Assembly (NCBI GenBank): GCA_902606255.1
Contig: CACLFQ010000001.1
Location: forward strand, 28,074 to 92,073
Length of the DNA: 64,000 nt
DNA from: an uncultured Prochlorococcus sp.
GTDB lineage: Bacteria > Cyanobacteriota > Cyanobacteriia > PCC-6307 > Cyanobiaceae
Reading direction: 5' to 3'
The notes beneath the pieces were generated by a model, which was not told the DNA's origin, searched no databases, and saw only the letters and a list, made by a program, of their open reading frames with translations. Positions 12,199 through 23,009 of the stretch are shown one piece after another (positions within the stretch are counted from its first letter, which is position 1; each line of letters opens with the position of its first letter). Position numbers and translations under genes: made by a program.

Positions 12199-13605
12199 AT
12201 GAAAGAAAATAATCTTGAAATAGTTGCATCCTTATCTACAGATTTAAGTACACGAGAAAATATTACGATTGAACTTGAGGAATTGCTCATCGCGGGAAAT
12301 TATGATGAGGCAAAGTTACTTTTAGAACCTTCCCAACCTGTTGACATTGCAGATGCTATTGGAAGCCTTCCATTAATATTACAGGCATTAGCATTTCGAT
12401 TATTAAAGAAAAACGAAGCGATTGAGGTTTATGAATATTTAGATCCAGTAGTTCAGCAAACTTTATTAGAAAGACTTCGTTCAGGAGAAGTTTTAGAAAT
12501 AGTTGAAAAAATGTCTCCTGATGATAGGGTTCAACTCTTTGATGAATTACCTGCAAAAGTTGTACGAAAATTTTTGTCTGCTCTTAGTCCTGGTGAAAGG
12601 AAAGTAACAGCTGAATTACTCGGATATGAGCCTGAGACTGCTGGAAGATTAATGACAACTGAATTTATAGACCTTAAAGAGATGCAAACAGCAGCTGAGG
12701 CTCTTTCTTTAGTTAGAAAAAGAGCCCCATTTACTGAAACTATTTATAGCTTATACGTTACAGATAAAGAAAGACATTTAACTGGTATTCTTTCTTTAAG
12801 AGACCTTGTAACTGCTGATCCTTCTAAGCCAATTGGAGATGTTATGACAAGAGATGTAGTTAATATCTCTACTAATACGAATCAAGAAGAGGTTGCTAGA
12901 GCAATACAAAGATATGATTTTTTAGCTCTCCCGGTCGTTGATAAAGAAAAAAGACTTGTTGGGATAGTAACTGTCGATGATTTAATTGATGTCATAGAAC
13001 AAGAAGCAACAAGAGACATTTATGCAGCCGGGGCAGTACAACCTGGAGATGAAGATGATTATTTCCAAAGTAGTTTGTTTACGATTGCTCGAAGAAGAAT
13101 TTTATGGTTATTAATTTTGGTTTTGGCAAATGGTTTAACGACAAAAGTTATAGCTATGAATGATCAAATATTAAAAGAAATAGTTTTATTAGCAGCATTT
13201 ATTCCACTTCTTATAGGTACTGGGGGAAATGTTGGAGCTCAAAGTTCAACAGTTGTCATTAGAGGTTTAAGTACTCAAAAATTGAAGTCTCTAGGTGCAA
13301 TTAAGGCAGTAATTAAGGAGGCAATAACAGGAGCTCTTTTAGGTGTTTTCATGATGCTTGTAGTATTTCCCTTCGCTTGGTGGCAAGGAGAAGGGCCTTT
13401 AATCGCCTCTGCGGTGGGAATAAGTTTGATATCCATAACAACTTTAGCTGCTACAACAGGAGCGATCCTTCCTTTGTTGTTTGACAGAATGAAATTGGAT
13501 CCAGCCTTAATGTCTTCTCCTTTCATTACAACTGTTACTGATATTGCCGGTGTATTTATTTATCTAAGTACAGCAAAATGGCTACTAAACGCTTCATTAG
13601 TCTAA
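12199..13605 (+). CDS. mgtE: Magnesium transporter MgtE
   Basis: ETAGRLMTTE, tandem CBS domains, GTGGNVGAQ, DPALMSSPFITTVTDI. Confidence 0.96.
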   Translation: MKENNLEIVASLSTDLSTRENITIELEELLIAGNYDEAKLLLEPSQPVDIADAIGSLPLILQALAFRLLKKNEAIEVYEYLDPVVQQTLLERLRSGEVLEIVEKMSPDDRVQLFDELPAKVVRKFLSALSPGERKVTAELLGYEPETAGRLMTTEFIDLKEMQTAAEALSLVRKRAPFTETIYSLYVTDKERHLTGILSLRDLVTADPSKPIGDVMTRDVVNISTNTNQEEVARAIQRYDFLALPVVDKEKRLVGIVTVDDLIDVIEQEATRDIYAAGAVQPGDEDDYFQSSLFTIARRRILWLLILVLANGLTTKVIAMNDQILKEIVLLAAFIPLLIGTGGNVGAQSSTVVIRGLSTQKLKSLGAIKAVIKEAITGALLGVFMMLVVFPFAWWQGEGPLIASAVGISLISITTLAATTGAILPLLFDRMKLDPALMSSPFITTVTDIAGVFIYLSTAKWLLNASLV

Positions 13606-13705
13606 ATTGACTAGGTATTTATTCTCATTTTTGTAAAAATGTGGATTTTTTTGTTTAACTTTACATTTCTTAATGGTATTGTTTACAAAACATCATTCAA
13701 CTTTC

Positions 13706-14707
13706 ATGTCTTCTGAAACAATAAGTGAAAATAAACTAGCGTCAATCGCAAGTATCAAAGTTAGTAATGATGTAGATCTTGTTCGATCATATTTGAGGGA
13801 TATAGGAAGAGTTCCATTACTATCGCATGAACAAGAAATTACTCTAGGTCGACAAGTTCAAGAGTACATGGAAGTCGAAAGAGCAGAATTAGAAATTATT
13901 GAATTAACAGGAGATAAGCCTAGTATTGATGAATTATCGACAAAATTAAACTTATCTATTTCTACAATTAAAAAAAGATTGAGAGCTGGACAGAGAGCTA
14001 AAGAAAGGATGGTTGCAGCGAACTTAAGATTAGTAGTAAGCGTTGCAAAAAAATATACAAAAAGAAATATGGAACTTTTAGATTTAATTCAGGAGGGAAC
14101 TATAGGACTGGTTAGAGGAGTTGAAAAATTTGATCCAGCCAGAGGTTACAAGTTTTCAACTTATGCATACTGGTGGATTAGGCAAGGTATTACAAGAGCA
14201 ATAGCTGAAAAAAGTCGTGCGATAAGGCTACCAATTCACATAACTGAAATGTTGAATAAGTTAAAAAAAGGTCAAAGAGAGCTCAGTCAAGAAATGTCTA
14301 GAACTCCAACTGTAAGTGAACTTGCGAAATACGTAGAACTTCCTGAAGATGATGTTAAAGATTTGATGTGCAAAGCAGGCCAGCCAGTTAGTCTTGAAAC
14401 TAAAGTTGGTGATGGTGAAGATACTGTTTTATTAGATTTACTAGCAGGGGGCGAGGATTTGCCAGATGAACAAATCGAGATGGATTGTATGAGAGGTGAT
14501 CTGCATTCTCTTCTACATCAATTGCCTGATCTTCAATGTAGAGTTTTAAGAATGAGATACGGAATGGATGGTGATGAGCCAATGTCTCTTACAGGTATAG
14601 GAAGGGTACTAGGGATAAGTAGAGATCGAGTAAGAAACCTAGAACGAGATGGATTAAGAGGTTTGAGAAGACTTAGTGAAAATGTTGAAGCTTACTTTGT
14701 TTCTTGA
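13706..14707 (+). CDS. Group 2 RNA polymerase sigma-70 factor
   Basis: DLVRSYLRDIGRVPLL, ANLRLVVSVAKKY, DLIQEG, GYKFSTYAYWWIRQ; lacks region 1.1. Start at 13706 preferred over 13673 (uncertain). Confidence 0.95.
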   Translation: MSSETISENKLASIASIKVSNDVDLVRSYLRDIGRVPLLSHEQEITLGRQVQEYMEVERAELEIIELTGDKPSIDELSTKLNLSISTIKKRLRAGQRAKERMVAANLRLVVSVAKKYTKRNMELLDLIQEGTIGLVRGVEKFDPARGYKFSTYAYWWIRQGITRAIAEKSRAIRLPIHITEMLNKLKKGQRELSQEMSRTPTVSELAKYVELPEDDVKDLMCKAGQPVSLETKVGDGEDTVLLDLLAGGEDLPDEQIEMDCMRGDLHSLLHQLPDLQCRVLRMRYGMDGDEPMSLTGIGRVLGISRDRVRNLERDGLRGLRRLSENVEAYFVS

Positions 14708-15606
14708 ATAAATTCATTTATTAATTGATTTGTTTTTTCAGGTTCTTCATCATGTGGACAATGACCAGCACCATTAATAATATCTAATCTTTTAATATTT
14801 ATGAATTGCTTGTTCCACTCTCTTGCTTCATTTAAAGATTCCCAGGGATCTTTATCTCCCCAAATCAATTGGATTGGAGCATCAACCTTATCTAAAAGGT
14901 CAGTAGCAAGATAATCATCAAATAAGTTAATAAAACCGCGAAATGCTTCTTTAGAGTTTTCCCTTTGAGAGGGTTGATAAAGTATTTCAATCAATTCTTT
15001 ATCGATATTTTTTCCTGAAGGGTAAGCTTGTTCAAGTATTTTCTTTATAACTGTTCGATTAGCAGCTCTTTTAAAAAGTGTATTGCTAATTATTCTTTGC
15101 CTGACTATCGTTTTAAGGACGGGTCTCAGTAGATTCATTAAGATATCACTTTTTTTTAAACGTTTATCATCCATAGTTCTTTGTGCACAATCAATCAAAA
15201 TGACACCCTTACAATTATCTTTGAGGATTTCAGCAGCCTTCAATGCAATAACACCACCAATTGAATTTCCTACCAAGTAAACAGGAGATTTTATCACTTC
15301 TGCACAAAATGTTGATATTTGATTACCCCATAAGTCAAATGAATATTTAATTGAGTTTTCTTTATCAGGTTCGTAATTTAATAAAGCACTAGGCTGACTG
15401 CTTTTTCCAAATCCTAATAAGTCAATTGCGTAGCATTTAGAAAATTTACCAAGAAAATCTTGATTATGTCTCCAGTGGTTTTTTGATGCCCCAAATCCAT
15501 GAACTAATAAAATTTTAATATTTTTATCAAAAGTAGATTCTTTTGATAAAGACCAAGAAATTTCCCAATTTTTCCACTTCCAAGTTTTGGATTTATTTAA
15601 AGACAC
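14692..15606 (-). CDS. Alpha/beta fold hydrolase
   Basis: LVHGFGAS, DLLGFGKS, nucleophile GNSIGG, GHCPHDE. Confidence 0.92.
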   Translation of the reverse strand: MSLNKSKTWKWKNWEISWSLSKESTFDKNIKILLVHGFGASKNHWRHNQDFLGKFSKCYAIDLLGFGKSSQPSALLNYEPDKENSIKYSFDLWGNQISTFCAEVIKSPVYLVGNSIGGVIALKAAEILKDNCKGVILIDCAQRTMDDKRLKKSDILMNLLRPVLKTIVRQRIISNTLFKRAANRTVIKKILEQAYPSGKNIDKELIEILYQPSQRENSKEAFRGFINLFDDYLATDLLDKVDAPIQLIWGDKDPWESLNEAREWNKQFINIKRLDIINGAGHCPHDEEPEKTNQLINEFIQETK

Positions 15607-15695
15607 TATGAATATGCTTTTAATTAAACTTTAATTCAAAAAAAAAATATTTGTTTTTAATAAATTATTCTTAGTTAAGAAAAAGCATTCTTTTT

Positions 15696-16694
15696 ATGAA
15701 AAAGAAAAAAGTCATATGTATTGGAGAGGCTTTAATAGACAGAATCAGAAATAAGTCAAATCAAGGATTTACAGATTTTTTGGGTGGTGCACCGGCTAAT
15801 GTTGCTTGTGCACTAAGAAAATTAAAAATAGATTCAATATTTATAGGAAGTTTAGGTAGTGATGATTATGGAAAAAAATTTATTACGCAATTTAATGAAT
15901 TGGACGTTAATTTAGATTTCTTGCAATTAGATAATGATTTATCTACTCGCGTGGTTAATGTAGATAGAGATCAATTTGGAGATCGTTTTTTTTCAGGCTT
16001 TGAGGAAAGTTCTTATTCATGCTTTGCAGACGAAGTTCTTAGTAAGAAATTAATCGAAAAAGAAATTTTAAGTTTGGAGAAATCTTTTTTAGAAACAAAA
16101 TATTTGGTTACTGGAACGATCTTATTATCATCTCCAATATCAGCAGAGACTATTTTTTTTCTTCTTGAACAGGCTAAAAAATTTGAAGTCAAAATAGTTA
16201 TTGATTTGAATTGGAGAGAGGTCTTTTGGGATCATTCAAGTTTTTCATCAGAAATTAGTAAAGCCACGAGAGTTAATTTAATCAAGAAATTTTTAAATCA
16301 TGCAAATGTTTTAAAACTTGCTAAGGAAGAAGCAACTTTGTTTTTTGAGGATGAAAATCCCTTGCTCATATCTCAACAATTGTCTAAAAGACCAGATGTA
16401 ATAATAACTGATGGAAAAAATCCTATTGCATGGTATATCAATGGATTGCAGGGAATTACCGAAACGCCTACTTCACAACAAATTGTTGATACAACTGGCG
16501 CAGGCGATGCTTTTCTAGCTGGCTTAATTTCAAAACTAATTTCATCTGGCTATCCTTCAAATGAACTAGAGATAGAAGCTTGCATTAAGTTCGCAGGTGT
16601 TTGTGGGTTATTAACTTGTCTTGGTGAAGGCGCCATCGAGCAACAGCCAAGTTATGAGAAGGTTAATAAATTTTTGGGATCTCTTATTTCGTAA
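15696..16694 (+). CDS. PfkB family carbohydrate kinase
   Basis: GGAPANVA, DLNWR, DTTGAGDAF signature. Confidence 0.93.
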   Translation: MKKKKVICIGEALIDRIRNKSNQGFTDFLGGAPANVACALRKLKIDSIFIGSLGSDDYGKKFITQFNELDVNLDFLQLDNDLSTRVVNVDRDQFGDRFFSGFEESSYSCFADEVLSKKLIEKEILSLEKSFLETKYLVTGTILLSSPISAETIFFLLEQAKKFEVKIVIDLNWREVFWDHSSFSSEISKATRVNLIKKFLNHANVLKLAKEEATLFFEDENPLLISQQLSKRPDVIITDGKNPIAWYINGLQGITETPTSQQIVDTTGAGDAFLAGLISKLISSGYPSNELEIEACIKFAGVCGLLTCLGEGAIEQQPSYEKVNKFLGSLIS

Positions 16695-17089
16695 TGTCTA
16701 CCATAATTTTTTGCGTAACTAATTTTTATTTTCCAGAAATTATCAACAACTGGTTCTATTAATTCTGGCCATTCAATAATTAAAATAGCTTGTCTTTGTA
16801 TTGCCTCTTCTTCTTCTGAAAAAAAAACTTCTTTTGCTGAAGAAACATTTTCTAATCTGTATAAATCAAGGTGAATTAGTGGAATTTTTCCGGAGTTATA
16901 GTGATGCGATAAAGCAAATGTAGGGCTTGTAATGTCATCAGAGATTGATAAGCCTTTAGCAATTCCTTGAACAAATGAAGTTTTCCCAGCCCCAATTGGA
17001 CCCTGTAATAAAACAATTGATTGGGGATTTAATTTGTATGAGAGTTTTTTTCCTAAATTCAAAGTCTCTTTTAAATTCTCAACAAACAC
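16652..17089 (-). CDS. tsaE: tRNA threonylcarbamoyladenosine biosynthesis ATPase TsaE
   Basis: GPIGAGKT, ITSPTF, HLDLYRL, IEWPE; GTG at 17089 preferred (track start 17101). Confidence 0.95.
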   Translation of the reverse strand: MFVENLKETLNLGKKLSYKLNPQSIVLLQGPIGAGKTSFVQGIAKGLSISDDITSPTFALSHHYNSGKIPLIHLDLYRLENVSSAKEVFFSEEEEAIQRQAILIIEWPELIEPVVDNFWKIKISYAKNYGRHYEIRDPKNLLTFS

Positions 17090-17140
17090 AAAATTACACA
17101 ATAATCATTTATAGTCTAATAGAGAAAGTATTTCCTAAAT

Positions 17141-18559
17141 ATGGTTATCGCAAATTCAGTTAAAACCTCTATACCTAATTACGTAATTGCCGATATCTCT
17201 TTATCAGATTTTGGTCGTAAAGAAATTAAAATTGCCGAAACGGAAATGCCTGGATTAATGGCACTTAGAGATAAATATCAATCTGAAAAGCCACTAAAAG
17301 GTTCAAAAATAGCTGGAAGTCTTCATATGACTATTCAGACAGCAGTCTTAATAGAAACTCTTGTTGATCTTGGTGCAGAAGTGAAATGGGCTTCATGCAA
17401 TATTTTTTCAACTCAAGATCATGCGGCTGCAGCTATAGCAGATCAAGGAATTTCTGTATATGCAAAAAAAGGTGAGACTCTTGATGAATATTGGCAATAT
17501 ACCCACTATATCCTTGATTGGGGTGCAGACTCTCCTAATATGATTCTTGATGATGGGGGAGATGCAACTGGCTTATTGATACTTGGTAGTAACGCAGAAA
17601 AAGATTTATCTGTTTTAGATAATCCCGGTAATGAAGAAGAAATTGCTTTATTTAATTCTATTAAGTCTAAGTTAGAAAATGATAGTGACTTCTACTCAAG
17701 AATTAAGAGTAATATCATTGGCGTCACTGAAGAAACTACAACGGGAGTTGCAAGACTTTATCAACTGCAAAAGCAAAATGCTTTACCTTTCCCTGCTATC
17801 AACGTTAATGATTCAGTAACTAAGAGCAAATTTGATAATCTATATGGCTGCAGAGAATCTCTAGTTGACAGCATAAAGCGTGCCACTGATGTGATGATTG
17901 CTGGGAAGGTCGCTTTAGTAATTGGTTTTGGAGATGTAGGTAAAGGTTCAGCCCAGTCTCTAAGAGGACTTGGTGCAATTGTTAAAGTCGCTGAAGTTGA
18001 TCCAATTTGTGCTCTTCAAGCGGCAATGGAAGGTTTTAGCGTTGTTACATTAGACGATGTTGTGGAAGATATAGATATATTTGTTACAGCAACTGGGAAC
18101 TATCAGGTAATAACAAACGAAAATCTTGTCAAGATGAAAGATGAGGCCATAGTCTGTAATATCGGACATTTCGATAATGAAATTGATGTGGCTTCATTGA
18201 GAGATTATCCATGGGAAAATATTAAGCCTCAAGTTGATCACATAACTTTACCGAGTGGCAATAAAATTATCCTTTTAGCTGAAGGTAGATTAGTTAACTT
18301 AGGTTGTGCCACTGGACATCCAAGTTTTGTTATGAGTAATTCTTTTACTAATCAAGTACTAGCTCAAATTGAACTTTTCAATAAGTCAGAAAAATATGCT
18401 AAGGAGGTTTATGTTTTACCAAAACATTTAGATGAAATGGTAGCTAGATTGCATCTTGATAAAATTGGAGCAAAATTAACAAAATTAACTAAGGAACAAG
18501 CTGATTATATTAATGTCTCTGTTGAAGGACCTTATAAACCAGAGCTTTATAGATACTAA
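17141..18559 (+). CDS. ahcY: Adenosylhomocysteinase
   Basis: [50 protein letters not shown]. Confidence 0.99.
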   Translation: MVIANSVKTSIPNYVIADISLSDFGRKEIKIAETEMPGLMALRDKYQSEKPLKGSKIAGSLHMTIQTAVLIETLVDLGAEVKWASCNIFSTQDHAAAAIADQGISVYAKKGETLDEYWQYTHYILDWGADSPNMILDDGGDATGLLILGSNAEKDLSVLDNPGNEEEIALFNSIKSKLENDSDFYSRIKSNIIGVTEETTTGVARLYQLQKQNALPFPAINVNDSVTKSKFDNLYGCRESLVDSIKRATDVMIAGKVALVIGFGDVGKGSAQSLRGLGAIVKVAEVDPICALQAAMEGFSVVTLDDVVEDIDIFVTATGNYQVITNENLVKMKDEAIVCNIGHFDNEIDVASLRDYPWENIKPQVDHITLPSGNKIILLAEGRLVNLGCATGHPSFVMSNSFTNQVLAQIELFNKSEKYAKEVYVLPKHLDEMVARLHLDKIGAKLTKLTKEQADYINVSVEGPYKPELYRY

Positions 18560-18561
18560 GT

Positions 18562-19209
18562 TTGGGTTTAATTTTTGTAAATTTTCTTGCTTCAATCCCC
18601 GAATATATCAGTTTGGCTGTTGAAAAGAATTCAACAATTGCATATCTCACTATTTGTTTGGCTATGTTTTTAGAAAACATAATACCTCCAATTCCTTCGG
18701 AAATAATAATGCCATTAGGAGGGTTTTTTGTTTATCAACAAAAATTAAATTTCTATATTTTAGTTTTTTGGGGGTTAATTGGAACTATTTTGGGATCATT
18801 GCCTTGGTATTATTTAGGTAGATTAGTAAATGAAAAAAGACTTGCAAATTTTCTAGATAATAAAGGAAAATATCTGGGTATCTCTTCTAATGATTTAAGT
18901 AAAAGTAAAAGGTGGTTTAATAAATACGGGGTTTCTTTAGTTTTTTGGGGCCGATTAGTACCAGGTATAAGAACCTTTATTTCAGTTCCCGCTGGCATAG
19001 AACTTATGCCATTAAGAAAATTTTTAATTTGGACTACATTTGGGAGCTTGATCTGGGTAGCACTTCTCACTTATGCAGGTTATTTATTTGGTGAAAATTA
19101 TCCAATCATTCAAACTTACTTAGATCAAATCAAATATGTTTTAAAGCCAATTTTAATTTTAATTTTCTTATATTTTTTTATAAGATTTTTAAAAAACAAT
19201 AGATCTTAA
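18562..19209 (+). CDS. DedA family membrane protein
   Basis: LENIIPPIPSEIIMPLGG, GRLVPGIRTFISVPAG. Confidence 0.93.
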   Translation: MGLIFVNFLASIPEYISLAVEKNSTIAYLTICLAMFLENIIPPIPSEIIMPLGGFFVYQQKLNFYILVFWGLIGTILGSLPWYYLGRLVNEKRLANFLDNKGKYLGISSNDLSKSKRWFNKYGVSLVFWGRLVPGIRTFISVPAGIELMPLRKFLIWTTFGSLIWVALLTYAGYLFGENYPIIQTYLDQIKYVLKPILILIFLYFFIRFLKNNRS

Positions 19210-19577
19210 AAAGGGATTTGACTAGAGTTACTACTATTAGAATATTGGTTATTATCGGACTCTTTTCGGGAGCCTAGTAAGTTTAATCTATCTACCCTAA
19301 CAACTGGTTTATATCTATCTTCCCCAGTATTTTTATCTTTCCAACTATCAATTTTAAAGCTTCCTGTAATTCCAATTAAAGATCCTTTTTTAATGTAATC
19401 TGCGGCTATTTGTGCTTGTTTGCCCCATATTTCCAAATTAAACCAGTCGGGCTCTTCATCTCTACTTCTTCTGTTAACTGCAAGTGTGAAATTTGCTACG
19501 ATACTGCCAGATTCAAAATATCTGACATCTGGTTCTCTTCCTGCTCTGCCAACTAGGTTAATAGTGTTAATTTCCAT
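19206..19577 (-). CDS. ssb: Single-stranded DNA-binding protein
   Basis: NLVGRAGREPDVRY OB fold, WGKQA, C-terminal IPF. Confidence 0.96.
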   Translation of the reverse strand: MEINTINLVGRAGREPDVRYFESGSIVANFTLAVNRRSRDEEPDWFNLEIWGKQAQIAADYIKKGSLIGITGSFKIDSWKDKNTGEDRYKPVVRVDRLNLLGSRKESDNNQYSNSSNSSQIPF

Positions 19578-19712
19578 AAATTTTTTTTTTTTTTAATACT
19601 ACTCATATTTCCAGCTTCTGCTCAAAGTTTTGCGTGCTATTCATAACTAAACGAAAGAATTCTGAGAGCTTACTAAAAAATAGATATATTATTTATAAAA
19701 AGAATTCTTATT

Positions 19713-20765
19713 GTGATTTTTAACAGATTTAAATTTTCTAGAGATATTGGCATAGATTTGGGAACAGCCAATACTCTTATACACGTATCAGGAAAGGGCG
19801 TTGTTTTACAAGAGCCTTCTGTGGTAGCTATGGATTTAGAAGAAGGCATTCCATTAGCTGTTGGTAAAGAAGCAAAATTAATGCTTGGAAGGACCCCTGG
19901 CAATATAAGAGCTGTAAGACCACTAAGGGATGGCGTGATCGCAGATTTTGATGCCGCAGAACAAATGATAAAAACATTTATTCAAAAATGTAACGAAGGC
20001 AAGGGCATAGTAGCCCCAAGAATAGTGATTGGTATCCCAAGTGGAGTTACTAGTGTTGAGCGAAGAGCAGTAAGAGAAGCTGGATTAGCAGGAGCTAGAG
20101 AAGTTCATTTAATTGATGAACCTGTTGCAGCAGCAATAGGCGCATCATTACCAGTAACTGAGCCAATTGGAACTATGATTGTCGATATTGGTGGAGGTAC
20201 TACTGAAGTTGCAGTATTAAGTTTAGGTGGAACTGTATTGAGTGAATCTGTTCGAATAGCTGGCGATGAAATAAATGAGTCAATTGCGCTATATCTTAAA
20301 AAAGTTCACAACTTAGTTGTTGGAGAGAGAACTGCAGAAGATATCAAGATTAAAATCGGATCTGCATTTCCAGATGATGATTTTGATAAAACTACTTTAG
20401 AGGTTAGAGGCTTACATCTTTTATCTGGTTTACCTAGGTCAGTCACTTTGACATCAGGAGAAATAAGAGAAGCTATGGCTGAAACACTTAGCAAAATAGT
20501 GGAAGCTGTAAAAAGAACTTTAGAGCGAACCCCCCCTGAACTTGCCGCAGACATTGTTGATAGGGGGATTATGCTTGCAGGAGGTGGAGCTTTAGTGAGA
20601 GGTATTAATGATTTATTAAGCGATGAAACAGGAATTTTTACTCACATAGCAGAAAATCCATTACTTTGCGTAGTTAATGGTTGTGGAGAGGTTTTGGATG
20701 ATTTTAAAAAACTGAAAAGAGTTGTTGATACTCCAGAATTTATAAGGAATGCCATAAGAGATTAA
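19713..20765 (+). CDS. mreB: Rod shape-determining protein MreB
   Basis: [31 protein letters not shown]. Confidence 0.98.
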   Translation: MIFNRFKFSRDIGIDLGTANTLIHVSGKGVVLQEPSVVAMDLEEGIPLAVGKEAKLMLGRTPGNIRAVRPLRDGVIADFDAAEQMIKTFIQKCNEGKGIVAPRIVIGIPSGVTSVERRAVREAGLAGAREVHLIDEPVAAAIGASLPVTEPIGTMIVDIGGGTTEVAVLSLGGTVLSESVRIAGDEINESIALYLKKVHNLVVGERTAEDIKIKIGSAFPDDDFDKTTLEVRGLHLLSGLPRSVTLTSGEIREAMAETLSKIVEAVKRTLERTPPELAADIVDRGIMLAGGGALVRGINDLLSDETGIFTHIAENPLLCVVNGCGEVLDDFKKLKRVVDTPEFIRNAIRD

Positions 20766-20769
20766 TATT

Positions 20770-21516
20770 ATGTTAGGTATCCGACGAATATCTACTAATC
20801 GTTGGTATAAAAAGAAAAATTGGATATTGTTTGCGATTTTTTTATTTTTGGTTTTTGTAAGGATATCAAAAGGATCTTTTTATAAGGATTTGTATTATTT
20901 TATTTCAAAGCCTTTTTGGCCTGGTCAATTTCAAAAAGAAATTGTTCTTGAGAGTATAGACCAAGAATATTTAATAAAGTTAAATCTTCTTAAAAAAGAT
21001 AATCTAAGATTGCGGCAAATCTTATCTCTTCAAGAATCATCTAATAACCAAAATATTTCAGCTGTAGTTATTTCTAGAAAAACAGGTAGTTGGTGGAGAC
21101 AAATAATTTTAAACAAAGGTTCTAAGGATGGAGTAGAAATTGGTAATATTGTGATTGGTCCGGGTGGATTATTAGGAAGAGTAAAGGATACTTCTTTATT
21201 CACTTCTTCGGTAACTTTAGTAACTTCTCCAGAAAGTAAGTTAGGAGTTTGGGTGGATAGAATTCAAATTAATGGATTATTGGTCGGTTTAGGAGATGAT
21301 TATCCTAGCCTAATACTTTATTCAAAAGATGCTGATATTAAAGTCGGAGATTTTGTATCATCATCTCCTGCTAGTACGTTATTACCTTCAAATATTCCTA
21401 TTGGGATTGTCCAATCTATAGATGAGACATTGAAATCAAAAAAAACGGCAAAAATTTCACTTTTGGCAAAACCTCATGTAATTGATTGGGTGCAAATTTT
21501 GAAAGTAAATATTTAA
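20770..21516 (+). CDS. mreC: Rod shape-determining protein MreC
   Basis: N-terminal TM, ILNKGSKDGV, GLLGRV, IPIGIV; follows mreB. Confidence 0.93.
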   Translation: MLGIRRISTNRWYKKKNWILFAIFLFLVFVRISKGSFYKDLYYFISKPFWPGQFQKEIVLESIDQEYLIKLNLLKKDNLRLRQILSLQESSNNQNISAVVISRKTGSWWRQIILNKGSKDGVEIGNIVIGPGGLLGRVKDTSLFTSSVTLVTSPESKLGVWVDRIQINGLLVGLGDDYPSLILYSKDADIKVGDFVSSSPASTLLPSNIPIGIVQSIDETLKSKKTAKISLLAKPHVIDWVQILKVNI

Positions 21517-22034
21517 TGAATAAATTTTTTTCAAAAAAATTATCCATAATAAGCTTTATTTTTATCCCAATTATTTTTTTGTGGCATCCTAACTGGCTTG
21601 GATTTTTAGGTGTTCAGCCATATTGGCCGTTATTTTGGTTATTGCCTTGGTCAATGATTAATGGATCAATCAATGGATTAATATTTGGTTTGTTTTTAGG
21701 TCTAATTTTAGATTCACTAACTTTAGATGATAGTTTTACTCAAATACCAGGCTTAATTTTTTGTGGTTTTTTGTTTGGGAGAATTAAATTTCATCGTGAT
21801 ATTCTGGTGGGACATTTTAGGTATGGTTTAATTTGTTCTTTTGGAAGTTTTTTATGTGGGAGTCTTTATTTTTTACAAATTTTGGTTAGAAATTTTTCAG
21901 ATAGTAATTTTTTAATATTGATTCCCAGTTTAAAAAATATCTTAGCTGAAGTTTTTTTGACAGGTTTTTTTGCCCCCTTTATTTGCTCCCAACTTTTAAG
22001 AATGTTTAAATTTTCAAGAAGAAAATTACAGTAA
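21516..22034 (+). CDS. mreD: Rod shape-determining protein MreD (putative)
   Basis: Polytopic membrane protein (GLILDSL) after mreBC; ATG at 21516 overlaps the mreC stop. Confidence 0.75.
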   Translation: MNKFFSKKLSIISFIFIPIIFLWHPNWLGFLGVQPYWPLFWLLPWSMINGSINGLIFGLFLGLILDSLTLDDSFTQIPGLIFCGFLFGRIKFHRDILVGHFRYGLICSFGSFLCGSLYFLQILVRNFSDSNFLILIPSLKNILAEVFLTGFFAPFICSQLLRMFKFSRRKLQ

Positions 22035-22213
22035 TAAATTTTGCCAAGAATTAAAAAGTGTTTGAAAAATTTTTTATCTTCAAATTTTTTAAAAAAATTT
22101 ATAAACCTTAGGAATATCTCTTTGAGGGTTCTTAATGTTATATTTTTAATTGTTAGAATAAACATTCAATGCAATAATTCTTTGCTTTGAAATATCGAGA
22201 AATCTTTTTTACT

Positions 22214-22960
22214 ATGTCAAAAGCAAGAATTTTAGTTGTTGATGATGAACCAGCAGTTTTGAAGGTATTAGTTACGAGGCTTCAACTAGCTGGATATCAA
22301 GTTTATGCAGCCACTAATGGCGAAGAAGCTCTTGAGTCTTTTCACAGGGATTCCCCAGATTTGATAGTTCTTGATGTTATGCTTCCAAAAATGGATGGAT
22401 TTGCTGTTTGTAGAAGAATTAGAGCTGAATCAGTAGTACCAATAATATTCTTAACCGCTCTAGAAGCTATTTCAGAAAGAGTTGCAGGTTTGGATTTAGG
22501 GGCTGATGATTACTTATCAAAACCATTTAGCCCAAAAGAGTTAGAGGCTAGAATAGCTACTATTTTGAGAAGAATGGGCCCAACTATATCGGTTACTGAA
22601 ACTAAAGAAGTTCCTTCAGGCAAAGGAGTTATGAAATTTGGGAGTTTAGTTGTTGATACTAATCGCAGGCAAGTCTCTAGAGCAGGAGATAGAATTAGCT
22701 TAACTTATACTGAATTTAGCCTCCTAGAATTATTGTTTGACGAGCCTGGCAAGGTTGTCCCTCGAGCAGAAATTTTAGAACAACTATGGGGTTATCCTCC
22801 TCGTAGAGCTGCAGATTTAAGAGTTGTAGATGTTTATGTAGCTAGATTAAGAGGTAAATTGGAACCAGATCCAAGAAATCCAGAATTAATATTAACTGTT
22901 AGAGGGATTGGTTATGCATCTCAGAGAGTTGGCGAAACAGCAACATCTTTGGCAAGTTGA
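22214..22960 (+). CDS. srrA: OmpR family response regulator, RpaB paralog SrrA
   Basis: ILVVDDE, LDVMLPKMDG, GADDYLSKPFSPKELEARI, LEPDPRNPELILTVRGIGY; position between mreD and lysS; ATG 22214 preferred. Confidence 0.85.
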   Translation: MSKARILVVDDEPAVLKVLVTRLQLAGYQVYAATNGEEALESFHRDSPDLIVLDVMLPKMDGFAVCRRIRAESVVPIIFLTALEAISERVAGLDLGADDYLSKPFSPKELEARIATILRRMGPTISVTETKEVPSGKGVMKFGSLVVDTNRRQVSRAGDRISLTYTEFSLLELLFDEPGKVVPRAEILEQLWGYPPRRAADLRVVDVYVARLRGKLEPDPRNPELILTVRGIGYASQRVGETATSLAS

Positions 22961-23009
22961 GCCATAGTCTGATAATTTTATTAAATAAAACAAACATATT
23001 AAATAAATT

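Noticed and set aside
13606-13705. RpaB HLR1 or NtcA sites upstream of the sigma factor (also checked srrA, psaC, icd, psaD)
   Set aside because: Only half-sites or wrong spacing; not distinguishable from AT-rich background
14692-16694. Convergent 3' overlaps (sigma/hydrolase 16 nt; pfkB/tsaE 43 nt)
   Set aside because: Ordinary result of genome streamlining
22035-22110. AT-only palindromes between mreD and srrA, and weak hairpins after the NTF2 gene and purM
   Set aside because: Expected by chance at this base composition; too weak to call terminators
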